From: a virus
Strand: one strand, 5' to 3'
Length of the DNA: 64,000 nt
IMG/VR virus record: IMGVR_UViG_3300021962_000025
Coordinates: 1 to 64,000 of that record
Under the pieces are notes generated by a model. That model was given only the letters and a program-made list of their open reading frames with translations. It was not told where the DNA came from and did no database searches. Positions 1-10,189 of the stretch are shown in pieces. The position numbers were made by a program, and so were the translations under genes. Each line of letters starts with the position of its first letter. The first letter of the stretch is position 1.

Positions 1-2
1 AG

Positions 3-1010
3 GGAGTCAACGGTTTAATTGAGTATTCCGATCAAGGTAGGATTACCGCCGTAGTTCAAGGTGGTTTATCCAATCAATCCTTCCAAAGAGAGGATTTCTT
101 CGACCAACCTACATTACCAATTTCTGAGACAAAGAACATTGGTGGAGGATACTTAAAGGGAGGTGCTAACTATAACATTAATGATAAGTCGAACTTATTC
201 TTTAATGCGGGTTATATTTCTCGTCAACCACAATTTGATGCGGTATTCCCCAATTATGCAAACATTGTAAATGATGATTTACAAAACGAGGAAATTCGAT
301 CAGTAGAGTTAGGTTATGGTTTTATTACTAATAATCTGACCCTTAATGTAAACGCTTACTCAACCACATGGGGAAATAGATTTATTTCTCGTTCTTTATT
401 TAACGCTCAAGGTGATCAGGGTTACGCACAATTTAGAAATATTGACGTAGTTCATAATGGTATTGAGGTTGAGGGAACCTACAGAGTTGGTGATAATTTA
501 AAATTGTCGGGAATGGTTTCTATTGGTGATTGGAGATACACCAAGGATTTTGAAGCGGAGATTTTTGATGCAGATCAACAATCAATTGGTACGGGTACTC
601 TCTACCTAAAAGACGCTAAAGTTGGTGATGCCGCTCAGTTCACAACCTTCTTATCTGCCGATTATCGTTTAGGTAAAAGAACAAACTTAGACTTCGGTTA
701 TAGATTTGTTGATGGGTTATATGCGGACTATTCACCCGCTGACGCCATCTTTACTCAACCAGATAACGATGGGGCTTTAAAGTTACCTTCATTTGGTTTG
801 GCGGATTTAGGGGTTTCCCGAAGATTCGGTAAGTCATGGTCTTTAAGAGTAAATATAAATAACCTTTTTGATAAGGTTTATATTTCAGAATCTGAGACAA
901 ACATTCACGCCGATGAAAATTCAGTTACATGGAACGGTGTTGATGTTAGAAACTCCGTATGGTTCGGTTTCGGACGTACATGGAACACATCTTTAAAGTA
1001 TTCGTTCTAA
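3..1010 (+). CDS. TonB-dependent outer-membrane receptor, C-terminal beta-barrel part (5' truncated by window edge)
   Basis: Frame is open from position 3 (GVNGLIEYSDQGRITAVVQGG...) into listed ORF 504-1010. Alternating beta-strand pattern, 'LRVNINNLFDKVY' and 'GFGRTWNTSLKYSF' with terminal Phe are typical of Bacteroidota TBDRs. Confidence 0.85.
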   Translation, partial: GVNGLIEYSDQGRITAVVQGGLSNQSFQREDFFDQPTLPISETKNIGGGYLKGGANYNINDKSNLFFNAGYISRQPQFDAVFPNYANIVNDDLQNEEIRSVELGYGFITNNLTLNVNAYSTTWGNRFISRSLFNAQGDQGYAQFRNIDVVHNGIEVEGTYRVGDNLKLSGMVSIGDWRYTKDFEAEIFDADQQSIGTGTLYLKDAKVGDAAQFTTFLSADYRLGKRTNLDFGYRFVDGLYADYSPADAIFTQPDNDGALKLPSFGLADLGVSRRFGKSWSLRVNINNLFDKVYISESETNIHADENSVTWNGVDVRNSVWFGFGRTWNTSLKYSF

Positions 1011-1029
1011 ACGTAATAATTTTAAATCT

Positions 1030-1054
1030 AAAGGGGACTTCGGTCCCCTTTTTT
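1030..1054 (+). terminator. Rho-independent terminator
   Basis: AAGGGGAC-TTCG-GTCCCCTT followed by T-tract. Confidence 0.85.
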
Positions 1055-1055
1055 A

Positions 1056-1086
1056 TTGACTAATGGTTTGATTTTGTGTATATTTT
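1056..1086 (+). promoter_or_regulatory. Bacteroidota primary-sigma-type promoter (TTG-N20-TATATTTT)
   Basis: TTG 1056-1058, 20-nt spacer, TATATTTT 1079-1086; same architecture recurs at several other gene starts. Confidence 0.65.
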
Positions 1087-1104
1087 TATACCGACAGTAT
1101 TAAT

Positions 1105-1650
1105 ATGAGTAAGATAATAAACCTTTTTGGTGGTCCCGGTGTGGGTAAATCATCTATCGCATCAGGAATTACATACAAACTTAAAAAGAAACACATTACA
1201 TGTGATAATCCGTATGAGTTTCCTAAGTTGTTGGCGTGGGATGAGAACCACTCGGCCATAAGGGATCAGTTGTTTGTATTGGCAAATCAACACAGAGGGA
1301 TTGTTAAGTCATATGGTAAGGTAGACTACATCATTCTTGATTCACCTATTTTATTGTCACTAACCTATAAGAGTTATTACAAATCAAATCAATACCCCGC
1401 AACATTGTATGGGGACACGTTTGATAAAATGGTTTTAGATATTTATAACCAATATGAGAATATCAACATAATGTTGGTAAGGGGGGATGGTAACCATAAT
1501 GATAAAGAGAGATATCAAAATTTAGAAGAATCCAAAGAGTTGGATTGTGAGATTGAGAAATCACTTACCGATAACGGAGTTTTATATCATAAGGTTAAGG
1601 TCAATAGTCATACCGTTAAAAACATTCTAAAAATAATATTGGAAAAATAA
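1105..1650 (+). CDS. P-loop NTPase/kinase, NadR/AAA_28-like
   Basis: Walker A GGPGVGKS, 'YEFPK', 'IILDSP' as in phage NadR-like kinases. Confidence 0.7.
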   Translation: MSKIINLFGGPGVGKSSIASGITYKLKKKHITCDNPYEFPKLLAWDENHSAIRDQLFVLANQHRGIVKSYGKVDYIILDSPILLSLTYKSYYKSNQYPATLYGDTFDKMVLDIYNQYENINIMLVRGDGNHNDKERYQNLEESKELDCEIEKSLTDNGVLYHKVKVNSHTVKNILKIILEK

Positions 1651-2291
1651 TGAAAATGAGAATTACTAACTATTTCATTGGTATATTTTTACTACTTGGG
1701 TGTACTAATGACCCATTATCAGCACAGTCTTGTGACAGAGAAAGTGTAATCATAAAAAATAATGTTTTTGGGGTAAATTACTCCGAGGTATATGAACAAC
1801 CTTTGTGGGTTATATACACATCCACAAATAGACCCGCAAACGTGAATAGGGGGTCCATGGACTTCCATACTGAGAGTGGTATTTGTACCTCAGATAAGGA
1901 TGATTATTACAGAAACATATGGGACAAAGGACATATGGCACCCGCAGCAACTTACTCTGATACATACGAAAATCTTTATACCACATTTTCATATTTAAAT
2001 TGTTCATTACAGGACCAATATCTAAACAGGGGAGAATGGAGATTATTGGAGGCTCAAGAGAGGGTATGGGATGACCATGAAGATTTAATTATAAAAGTCA
2101 TACCGGTCTATAATAATGATGACATGCCACTTCCTTCGGGGGCACTAATCCCGATAGCCTACCATAAACATATCAAATTTGTAAAACAGGGTAAAATAAG
2201 ATGTTTTTATTTTCTAAACTCTAAACCAACCACGGGTTGGGAGGATCATGAGAAAACAAATTGTGATCAAATAGAGGACTTTACATTTTAA
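1650..2291 (+). CDS. DNA/RNA non-specific endonuclease (NucA/His-Me finger family), predicted lipoprotein
   Basis: DKGHMAP (DRGH-type) motif, 'Q...LNRGEWRLLE'; N-terminal lipobox LLLGC. Confidence 0.85.
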   Translation: MKMRITNYFIGIFLLLGCTNDPLSAQSCDRESVIIKNNVFGVNYSEVYEQPLWVIYTSTNRPANVNRGSMDFHTESGICTSDKDDYYRNIWDKGHMAPAATYSDTYENLYTTFSYLNCSLQDQYLNRGEWRLLEAQERVWDDHEDLIIKVIPVYNNDDMPLPSGALIPIAYHKHIKFVKQGKIRCFYFLNSKPTTGWEDHEKTNCDQIEDFTF

Positions 2292-2497
2292 TGAGATACC
2301 CAAGATACAAAAGACCCATACAAGAAATAAACGGAAATCTATATCTGATAAGTGCGGAATACCCATCAGACAAGATTAAAAACATAAATCTTGTAAAGGA
2401 GTGGTTGGGAGTGGATAATGCGTTCAGGTCCCACAGATCCAACACAATTCTTTTCTGTGATTTAATTCAAGAGGTGACTTGGGTAGATATCACTTAA
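2291..2497 (+). CDS. hypothetical protein
   Basis: ORF translationally coupled to nuclease gene. Confidence 0.55.
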   Translation: MRYPRYKRPIQEINGNLYLISAEYPSDKIKNINLVKEWLGVDNAFRSHRSNTILFCDLIQEVTWVDIT

Positions 2498-2837
2498 TAG
2501 TGATTTTTCTGGTTTGTCTAACGGGTTTTACAGAACTATATATTTTATCAAAGTTCTCCATAATATATTTGTAGACAGCTGCCATTTCGTAGTTTTCGGA
2601 TTCCTCGTTCCTTTTCCAAAGAACCGCAACCAAACTAAGAAGTTCTTTATCACCCAACTTTAACTTACCAATGAGTGAGTTCATAATTAACTTTAGGGTT
2701 AAGTATGCGACACCTCTTCTCTTATCTTCCGTAAGAGTGAAGTACTTACCAGTGTCGATCCCGCTTAATACAGTTCCGTTTAATTTATCAATTAACTGTA
2801 AAAATGATGGGTGATTAAGATCTGTGTTAGTTGCCAT
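2490..2837 (-). CDS. hypothetical protein (UVR-like 'ENYEMAA' helix)
   Basis: ORF with upstream TATTTAT motif at 2853-2859. Confidence 0.6.
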   Translation of the reverse strand: MATNTDLNHPSFLQLIDKLNGTVLSGIDTGKYFTLTEDKRRGVAYLTLKLIMNSLIGKLKLGDKELLSLVAVLWKRNEESENYEMAAVYKYIMENFDKIYSSVKPVRQTRKITIK

Positions 2838-2882
2838 AATTCTCGTTTTATTATAAATATTCAGTAACGGGGTAATTGGGAC

Positions 2883-3236
2883 TTATTTTCCCCATTTTCC
2901 TGCCGCAACGATCTGACAAATTATCCCATATACGGATAAATCTTGGTAAGTGTCTTTAACTGACTCACCTACGTTGTCTTTGTTACCTAATAAAACGAGT
3001 TGTTTTAATCTTTGTATTTTATCATTCATTCTAAACCAAAGACCCATTTGAGACATTTTACGATCCTCCTCTTTCTCGAGTGAGGTACCTAATGAAATGT
3101 TGTCAGGTCCATAATTAGATTGTTTTAAACAGAACAGTTCGTATTCTTCCCTTAAGATTGCTTTAAACATCTTTGTTGTTTCAGGGTAATTTTCTTCAAC
3201 TTCCCGTACAACGTCTTTTCTATCGGTATTTTCCAT
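2883..3236 (-). CDS. DUF1599 / nucleotide-modification-associated domain protein
   Basis: 'KQSNYG..NI', 'RMNDKIQRL', 'ESVKDTYQDLSVYGII' pattern. Confidence 0.7.
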   Translation of the reverse strand: MENTDRKDVVREVEENYPETTKMFKAILREEYELFCLKQSNYGPDNISLGTSLEKEEDRKMSQMGLWFRMNDKIQRLKQLVLLGNKDNVGESVKDTYQDLSVYGIICQIVAAGKWGK

Positions 3237-3307
3237 GTATTTATAATTTATAATAAGATAAGAAAAAAAAGTGACAATAACAAATATTTATATACTAAAC
3301 CACAGTT

Positions 3308-3550
3308 ATGGCATCTAAAAAATCAAAAGAAGAAAAATCAAAGAAACCAGAGGGTTCGGACAAACCTAAGAATCAACAATTAATTCAAATGTTGTCATTT
3401 AGAATCGTACCCGCATACTTTAAAGAAATTGAAAAAGTTGCCGATAAGAAGAATATGACAGTATCTAAATTAATTAGATCTTACATCAAAGACGGTATGA
3501 AGAGAGATAAAGACTTCACCGCGGATGATAAAGGTTTTAATATCGGTTAA
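3308..3550 (+). CDS. small ribbon-helix-helix-like DNA-binding protein
   Basis: 'MLSFRIVPAYFKEIEKVADKKNMTVSKLIRSYI' fits beta-strand plus two helices of CopG/Arc fold. Confidence 0.55.
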   Translation: MASKKSKEEKSKKPEGSDKPKNQQLIQMLSFRIVPAYFKEIEKVADKKNMTVSKLIRSYIKDGMKRDKDFTADDKGFNIG

Positions 3551-4609
3551 TTACTTATTAAATCGATTAAACGAATTCTCACTAATCAAATTAGTTGTAA
3601 CTCCTCCAATAAAATGGGGGAGTTCTTTTTTATCCGTATAACTCATCGCTGACTTTAGGTACGAAGTAAAGTTATCCACCCAACCTTGAAGGGTATATTC
3701 TACTTTATGTTTTCTGACAACACCCTCAGAAGTCTTTAATTCCTCTTTACCCCACGATTTTTGGACTTCTTTGGTACTCATACCTCTGAATACTTTATAG
3801 AGTGGGATATCCACGTTAAAACGATCCAATGCGTCTTGTGAGTACTGATCAATTGTATCACCATTCTCTATTGTTGTTTCCCCACAACTCTCTAATGATT
3901 TATTAAAGATGGAACCCAACATAACATAGTCCGCGCCCAATGCAAGTGCCTTAACAACATCCGCATATTTCTTAAACCCACCATCGGCAACGATCTTGGT
4001 TTTAATGTGACTATTTCTCTTCTTTAGTTTGTTACATTCATAAATCAAAGATGCCATTGGGTAACCGACTCCCGTCTGAACTGTTGTCAAACAACCACCA
4101 CCATTACCAATCCCGATACGGACATAATCAACATCAGTTAATGCATATTGATAGAAGGTTTCAGGATTAGCAATATTACCAACCATCAATACTAATGATT
4201 GTCCGTATTTATGTTTTGCCTCTTTAGTTGATCTTAGTAAATCCCCCATGTGTCCATTAGCAATATCGATAAGTGCGTGGACTTGATAACCTTTAGGTAT
4301 GTTAATGGTGTCCTCTAAGAACAAACGATCAAAATCTGTAAGACTATACGATAGGAAATGATCATAATTAACGTGAGAACTATCGGGTTGGTTAATGCGG
4401 GGTAAAACCACCATTATCCCCAAATTTGTAAAGTAATGATGGTTTTTCCCATCAACAACCGTATCCATTGGTGCGGTCATTAAAGGTAACCAATCCCTAT
4501 AAACGCCCTGTTCAATAAATTCTTTGTAATAGGGATTAACCTGTTTGCGTGAACGAATGGATGTGATTGACGCAGGTTCGATCAAAAGATCGTCAAAATC
4601 ATATAACAT
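3551..4609 (-). CDS. guaC: GMP reductase / IMPDH-family enzyme (no CBS domains)
   Basis: TAPMDTV, IDIANGH, GIGNGGGCLT (catalytic Cys), ADGG, GADYVMLG, FRGMS, SEG; SEG and ANG favour GMPR. Confidence 0.75.
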   Translation of the reverse strand: MLYDFDDLLIEPASITSIRSRKQVNPYYKEFIEQGVYRDWLPLMTAPMDTVVDGKNHHYFTNLGIMVVLPRINQPDSSHVNYDHFLSYSLTDFDRLFLEDTINIPKGYQVHALIDIANGHMGDLLRSTKEAKHKYGQSLVLMVGNIANPETFYQYALTDVDYVRIGIGNGGGCLTTVQTGVGYPMASLIYECNKLKKRNSHIKTKIVADGGFKKYADVVKALALGADYVMLGSIFNKSLESCGETTIENGDTIDQYSQDALDRFNVDIPLYKVFRGMSTKEVQKSWGKEELKTSEGVVRKHKVEYTLQGWVDNFTSYLKSAMSYTDKKELPHFIGGVTTNLISENSFNRFNK

Positions 4610-4611
4610 AG

Positions 4612-4956
4612 TTATTTTTTTAGTGTTTTTGAATATTCTTTACCTTTTTCCGTTAAGAAAAAAGTTTCATCGGTGGTCTCATCCTCGTAGGAGTCCATCA
4701 ATCCATCCTCTTTTAATTGATACATTATCGATCCCGTGATTACTTTTTGTAATATTATCTCAAATTCGTCCTCACTCCAAAAATAATCTTCAACGTCCAT
4801 AGACGGGTCTGAGACATAAATTTCCATTAAAAGTTCTGTAAATACTTTAATCGAGTACTCCTCAGTAATATCATAATCGGTAAAGAAGTGAGACTCCCTC
4901 AACCCATGAATGATGTCCTCAACATGTTCCTTTACAATTTCCGGTATCCTATTCAT
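4612..4956 (-). CDS. acidic hypothetical protein (winged-helix-like C-terminus 'FFLTEKGKEY')
   Basis: ORF downstream of TTG-N20-TATCTTTT promoter. Confidence 0.55.
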   Translation of the reverse strand: MNRIPEIVKEHVEDIIHGLRESHFFTDYDITEEYSIKVFTELLMEIYVSDPSMDVEDYFWSEDEFEIILQKVITGSIMYQLKEDGLMDSYEDETTDETFFLTEKGKEYSKTLKK

Positions 4957-4974
4957 TTTTTAACTCTATTTAAT

Positions 4975-5005
4975 AAAAGATAAGGAAAATATTTTTTTGA
5001 GTCAA
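4975..5005 (-). promoter_or_regulatory. Bacteroidota-type promoter TTG-N20-TATCTTTT
   Basis: Reverse complement of 4975-5005. Confidence 0.6.
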
Positions 5006-5067
5006 CCACCCATAAGACTTTAATATGAATGTTAATTTCTTTATATTATACCAAGTAAAACTATTAT

Positions 5068-6324
5068 ATGGAAGAAAACGGAAAAATCTTTATACAGATA
5101 GCGTCTTACCGTGATCCCGAGCTAAACAACACTTTGAACGATTGTATCGAAAAGTCTAAGTACCCTGAAAATTTAGTTTTTGGGATTTGTTGGCAACACT
5201 CATCAGAAGATGAATGGGATAATTTGGATAAGTTTAAAGACGATGAGAGATTTAGGATTGTGGATGTTAATTACACCGAATCCAAAGGTGCGTGTTGGGC
5301 GCGAAACCAACTACAACAACAATATAAAGGTGAGCAATACACCCTACAACTTGATTCACATCATAGGTTTATTGAGAATTGGGATGAGGAACTCATAAAC
5401 ATGTTAAAGTTCCTACAGGATAAGGGACATAAGAAACCATTACTTACTTCGTACATTTCATCATATGATCCTCAGAATGATCCTGATGGGAGAGTACAGG
5501 TGCCATGGTTGATGAATTTTGATAGGTTTATTCCTGAAGGTGCGGTTTTTTTCTTGCCCGCAACTATCCCAAATTGGGAAACATTAACAGAACCCATTCC
5601 CGCGAGGTTTTATTCAGCTCACTTTGCGTTCTCGGTTGGGTCATTTGTTGAGGAGGTTCCGCACGATCCTAATTATTATTTCCATGGTGAGGAGATTAGT
5701 ATTGCGGTGAGGGCTTACACACACGGTTATGACTTATTCCACCCACACAAAATCATTGCGTGGCATGAATATACCCGTAAAGGTAGAACTAAACAATGGG
5801 ATGATGATAAAACATGGGGTAATAAGAATAGTGAATCACACCTAAGAAATAGAAAACTGTTTGAAATGGATGGTCTCGTAAAAGACATTGACTTCGGCAT
5901 TTACGACTTTGGTACTGATAGGACGTTGGAGGATTACGAAAGGTATTCTGGATTATCATTTAAAAAGAGAGCGGTACAGAAGTATACGTTGGATAATAAT
6001 ATCGCACCAAATCCCCCATTGTACGGTGAAGATTTAGAGAACTCGTTTTTAAAAATATTCAAACACTGTATTGATGTACACAAGTCAAGTTTTGACAAAG
6101 AAAAGGATTATAGTTTTTGGGCAGTGATATTCGAGGATGAGAATGGTGTGTCTTTAAATAGGAAAGACTTAAGTGAGTCTGAAATAAGGGGGTATCTAAC
6201 CACTAACGATGATTGGGTTAAGATATGGAGAGAATTCAATGTTGAGTCTAAACCCGCCAAATGGATAGTTTGGCCACATTCACATAGTGAGGGTTGGTTA
6301 AATAAAATTGAAGGTAGATTATGA
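5068..6324 (+). CDS. GlcNAc transferase, GT60/PF11397-like (Skp1-/mucin-type polypeptide GlcNAc-T)
   Basis: 'IFIQIASYRDPEL', 'GACWAR', 'LQLDSHHRF..NWD', 'FYSAHFAFS', 'FHGEEISIAVRAYTHGYD'. Confidence 0.85.
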   Translation: MEENGKIFIQIASYRDPELNNTLNDCIEKSKYPENLVFGICWQHSSEDEWDNLDKFKDDERFRIVDVNYTESKGACWARNQLQQQYKGEQYTLQLDSHHRFIENWDEELINMLKFLQDKGHKKPLLTSYISSYDPQNDPDGRVQVPWLMNFDRFIPEGAVFFLPATIPNWETLTEPIPARFYSAHFAFSVGSFVEEVPHDPNYYFHGEEISIAVRAYTHGYDLFHPHKIIAWHEYTRKGRTKQWDDDKTWGNKNSESHLRNRKLFEMDGLVKDIDFGIYDFGTDRTLEDYERYSGLSFKKRAVQKYTLDNNIAPNPPLYGEDLENSFLKIFKHCIDVHKSSFDKEKDYSFWAVIFEDENGVSLNRKDLSESEIRGYLTTNDDWVKIWREFNVESKPAKWIVWPHSHSEGWLNKIEGRL

Positions 6325-7160
6325 AAAAAGGATTACTAGGTGTTGCGAACAATCTTAGAAGTAACATACAGAAAGTAAAATTATGGTCCAAAAGTTTCAA
6401 ACAGGTAAGTGATGGTGAGGTAATACTTCTACTAGCTAACGGAACTGAGGACGACATTAAAGTATGTGAGGAATTAGGTATCATATCTAATTTAGTTGTA
6501 ATTGAGGATGAGTGGTTCTTCAACCATAAAAGACTTGAACATACTTTAGAATTCCTAAAGAGTACAGACATCGATCTATTTGTCATAACGGATGTCTTTG
6601 ATGTTGTCTTTCAAGGAGACCCCTTTGAATTAATGGATTTAACCACATTTGATGTTTTTGCTGGTGGTGAGGGTGTTGACATAAATCAGGAACCATGGAA
6701 TATGGATAATATTGGTAAAATTTTTCCTCAGTATAGGGATTATTGTATTGGTAAGGAAATTGCCAACTCCGGTGTAATTGGGGGTAAGAGAGATTCTTTA
6801 GTAAACTTATATGAAAGAATGTTTACGTTATGTGAGGAAGGTTCCAATGATCACAATATTAAAGATCAGGCAGCGTTTAATGTGATGATTTCTATGGGTG
6901 AAGTACCTAATTTTAAATTATTCACATTAGATGAGGGTTGGGTACAACACAGTGCTGTTTCAGGTCCTACAGAATTTTTTGATAAGTGGGGATTTAGAAA
7001 TAACCTAAAATACGGAGTACCTCAGTTGGTTAATGGTACGGTTTGTACCTCAACAGGAACACCATTTAGAATTGCTCACCAGTTTAATAGGGTACCTGAG
7101 TGGCACCACTCGATAAACGCAAAATACGATATAGAATTCGAAAAAGATGTCCATAGATAG
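6321..7160 (+). CDS. GT-A-like glycosyltransferase
   Basis: 'TDVFDVVFQGDPF', 'NSGVIGG', 'DQAAFN', 'HQFNR' motifs. Confidence 0.7.
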   Translation: MKKGLLGVANNLRSNIQKVKLWSKSFKQVSDGEVILLLANGTEDDIKVCEELGIISNLVVIEDEWFFNHKRLEHTLEFLKSTDIDLFVITDVFDVVFQGDPFELMDLTTFDVFAGGEGVDINQEPWNMDNIGKIFPQYRDYCIGKEIANSGVIGGKRDSLVNLYERMFTLCEEGSNDHNIKDQAAFNVMISMGEVPNFKLFTLDEGWVQHSAVSGPTEFFDKWGFRNNLKYGVPQLVNGTVCTSTGTPFRIAHQFNRVPEWHHSINAKYDIEFEKDVHR

Positions 7161-7944
7161 TTTAAACAGTACCGCGGTAGTGATTTGTTCTTATCATCGA
7201 ACTTTTGAGGGTGATGGTAATAAGACAATTAGAAGTTTTCACCATGAGAACTTTCCTAACTTTTATTTATTATTTGATGATCACCATGGATATAGTGAGG
7301 ATTACGTATCCGAAAAGTATGGTGGACCAAATGTATGTATCTACAATGATAAGGACTTTGAAGATAATGGTTTCAACAAAGAGATTAGTACATACCATTT
7401 TTGGGGGTCACATCAAAACCCCAAATACTTTTACGCACATTTTAGAATGTTAACCTTCTATTTGAAAAACCCACAATTTGATTATTATTGGTTTTTTGAT
7501 GATGATGTACAATTTGATGGTAGTTTAAGGGAACTATTATCCAATTACTCAGATAATGACGATGATTTTATGGTCATACAAGCATTCAAAAAAGAGGACT
7601 ATGAAGAGTATCCAAACATCTCTGTCATTAATAGAAGAATGGGAGGGTCTAAGGGTCATTGGTTAGGTCATTGTCCTGGACCTGGCGATAACTTTAAATC
7701 AAACGAAGTACACATCGGTTCCTTCTTTCCAATTGTAAGATTTTCAAAAGCGGCAATGGAACATTTAATGGATTTACATAGAGAAGGTTATTATGGTTAC
7801 TCAGAAGGGTTTGTACCAACATCGTTAGCATGTGACGGATATAAAGTATCATCAATGATGGACGAATTCAACAATTTCTTTAAAGAAAATAATGTTTGTA
7901 CCCTTTATCATAAGGGTTCTAAATTTACATGGGAATGGCTATAA
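7147..7944 (+). CDS. putative glycosyltransferase (DUF3405-like GT-A)
   Basis: 'FDYYWFFDDDVQFDG' DxD motif, 'FFPIVRFS', 'SEGFVPT'. Confidence 0.6.
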   Translation: MSIDSLNSTAVVICSYHRTFEGDGNKTIRSFHHENFPNFYLLFDDHHGYSEDYVSEKYGGPNVCIYNDKDFEDNGFNKEISTYHFWGSHQNPKYFYAHFRMLTFYLKNPQFDYYWFFDDDVQFDGSLRELLSNYSDNDDDFMVIQAFKKEDYEEYPNISVINRRMGGSKGHWLGHCPGPGDNFKSNEVHIGSFFPIVRFSKAAMEHLMDLHREGYYGYSEGFVPTSLACDGYKVSSMMDEFNNFFKENNVCTLYHKGSKFTWEWL

Positions 7945-8735
7945 TAAAAAAACCAGTAATCGTAATGGCCCTATACGATATCGGTAGAGATAATTGGGAC
8001 CACTTTAATTTATCCTACAACACCTATCTATGGTGGATGAAAAACACCTTATCCTTAGATGCTAAGTTTGTAATCTTTACTGAAGAAAAGTTTTTATCAA
8101 CGATTACAGATTATAGAAGGGAGTTTGACCCATCTTTTGATAATACAATAATAGTAAACGAACCCTTAGAAAATTTAGATTCATATAAAAGATATAATGA
8201 TCGATTAACTTCTTTAATGGGGTCTGAGGAGTTCAAACAAAAGGTTCATCATGGTCATGTTCCCGAAATGACAAAACCACTTTATAATATAATAATGTTT
8301 AATAAGATGGACTTTATGAAAAAAACGAAAGACCTTTCGTTTTTTGACTGTGACTATGTCATATGGGCCGATGCGGGTGGACTAAGAGAGGATATCTCGA
8401 ACTATCAAGGAAAAAAATGGCCCGATATCGATAAGTTAAACGGATTAGACGTATCTAAGGTTACCTTCTTTAGTCATTCCGCGGATTTTTCTATCGACAA
8501 TGCGGAGTTTCATGCGATGTCCCAAATAAGATACATACAGGGCACTGCATTCGGGGCCCCGAAAGATTCAATTGATAATCTTCACACAGAATTCCATAAA
8601 ACCGTTGATGAATGTATTTCAAATGGTTTTATTGGTAGTGATGAAAAAATATTCGACCTTACATATGTTAAGGATAAAAGTAAGTACCAATTAATAAAAT
8701 GTACTTGGAGAGAATACTTTAACATTTTAGAGTAA
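7929..8735 (+). CDS. HtrL/YibB-family protein
   Basis: 'VMALYDIGR', 'YNIIMFNK', 'WADAG', 'GTAFG', 'GSDEKIF'. Confidence 0.7.
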   Translation: MGMAIIKKPVIVMALYDIGRDNWDHFNLSYNTYLWWMKNTLSLDAKFVIFTEEKFLSTITDYRREFDPSFDNTIIVNEPLENLDSYKRYNDRLTSLMGSEEFKQKVHHGHVPEMTKPLYNIIMFNKMDFMKKTKDLSFFDCDYVIWADAGGLREDISNYQGKKWPDIDKLNGLDVSKVTFFSHSADFSIDNAEFHAMSQIRYIQGTAFGAPKDSIDNLHTEFHKTVDECISNGFIGSDEKIFDLTYVKDKSKYQLIKCTWREYFNILE

Positions 8736-10189
8736 TGAATATAAAAATAGTAACAGTTACGTGGTCACATCAAGAAACTTATGATATAAAAAAGACCACC
8801 CTGTACAAATCGTTTAAGAAATTTAACCCATTTAAGGAGGTATTCCATCATCACTTTAATAGGGGTCACTATTGGCAGGAAGAATCACTTTTCGCAAATA
8901 AGTATGGTAGGGAGAGTGAATACTTACTCTATAAAATATTCTTGTGGAGAGACATTGTCAGGGACATAGAGGCCGATTATATCATTTTCTGTGATGCGAA
9001 TGATGTTGTTTGTTTAACTCATGTTGACGACTTAGTAAATCAATACGATTTAGATAAAAACATTATTGTTGGTCATGAGAAGAACCAATGGCCAACATTA
9101 GAAGCTAAGCAGACTTGGCCCGATTATAAAGATTACAACATTTACGATACCGAAAACAGGAAGTTTCTAAATTCTGGAATGATTATCGCGAAAAAAGAAA
9201 AGTACGTTGAGATGTTGGATAGTATGGTTGAGAATGTGATGTCTAAAGACATAAAAACTTTTAATAATGATCAGGGTGTTTTCACGTATTATTATAACAT
9301 GGGGGTAGAACCAAAGATTAAATTAGATTATACCAATAATTTTGTTGTTAACACCTTTTCTAGATCTCATGATGAATATGTTTTAGAAAATGGTAGATTA
9401 ATCTCTAAGAAGAATCAAACATCCCCTGTTTTCGTACATGATAATGGTTGGAACCACGGTAGTCCTAAATTCCTTAATCATTTTGAATTGAAGAGATTTT
9501 TCATCGATTCTTATCCAAGACTTAAGGATATCTCAAAAGATAGACCAATTGCCCAAACACACCAAGATTACCTTATACGTATAAGAGACGAATACGGATT
9601 CCAACCATCTGTAATTTATGATGTGGGTGCGTGTGTGAATCATTGGAACACGATCGCAAAGGAGGTTTGGCCACAAGCCCAATACTTCTTGTTTGAGGCA
9701 ATGGAAGAATCTGAAGACATTTTTATGGAAGGTACTCATCAGTATGAGATTGGTGTGTTTAGTGATGTCGATGATAAAGAGGTGACATTTTTTAAAAACG
9801 TAACATATCCCGGTGGTAATTCTTATTATATGGAAAACCCTGAACATAGCAGTATGGCCAATGTGTTATTCAATAATCCTTCTAATCAATTCAAAAGAAA
9901 AACAAAGACGTTGGATAGTGTTTTAAAGAGAAGGAACTTTCCCTACCCAGATCTATTAAAAATTGATGTTCAGGGTTGTGAAATAGACATCTTAAAAGGA
10001 TCTACTGACATACTTAAGTATGTGAAGCATCTAATCGTAGAACTACAACACGTTGAGTACAATATAGGGGCTAACCTATCTCATGAGTCAATCCCATTGA
10101 TTGAATCCATGGGATTTGAATTAGTCACCCCTAAGTTCTCATTGTCGAGTCACGCAGATGCTGATTATCATTTTATAAAGAAAAATTAA
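8735..10189 (+). CDS. fusion: PLOD-like GT-A glycosyltransferase + FkbM-family methyltransferase
   Basis: N-half 'IIFCDANDV','EKNQWP','FLNSGMI','NNDQG','VHDNG'; C-half 'IYDVGAC','LLKIDVQGCEIDILKG'. Confidence 0.8.
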   Translation: MNIKIVTVTWSHQETYDIKKTTLYKSFKKFNPFKEVFHHHFNRGHYWQEESLFANKYGRESEYLLYKIFLWRDIVRDIEADYIIFCDANDVVCLTHVDDLVNQYDLDKNIIVGHEKNQWPTLEAKQTWPDYKDYNIYDTENRKFLNSGMIIAKKEKYVEMLDSMVENVMSKDIKTFNNDQGVFTYYYNMGVEPKIKLDYTNNFVVNTFSRSHDEYVLENGRLISKKNQTSPVFVHDNGWNHGSPKFLNHFELKRFFIDSYPRLKDISKDRPIAQTHQDYLIRIRDEYGFQPSVIYDVGACVNHWNTIAKEVWPQAQYFLFEAMEESEDIFMEGTHQYEIGVFSDVDDKEVTFFKNVTYPGGNSYYMENPEHSSMANVLFNNPSNQFKRKTKTLDSVLKRRNFPYPDLLKIDVQGCEIDILKGSTDILKYVKHLIVELQHVEYNIGANLSHESIPLIESMGFELVTPKFSLSSHADADYHFIKKN

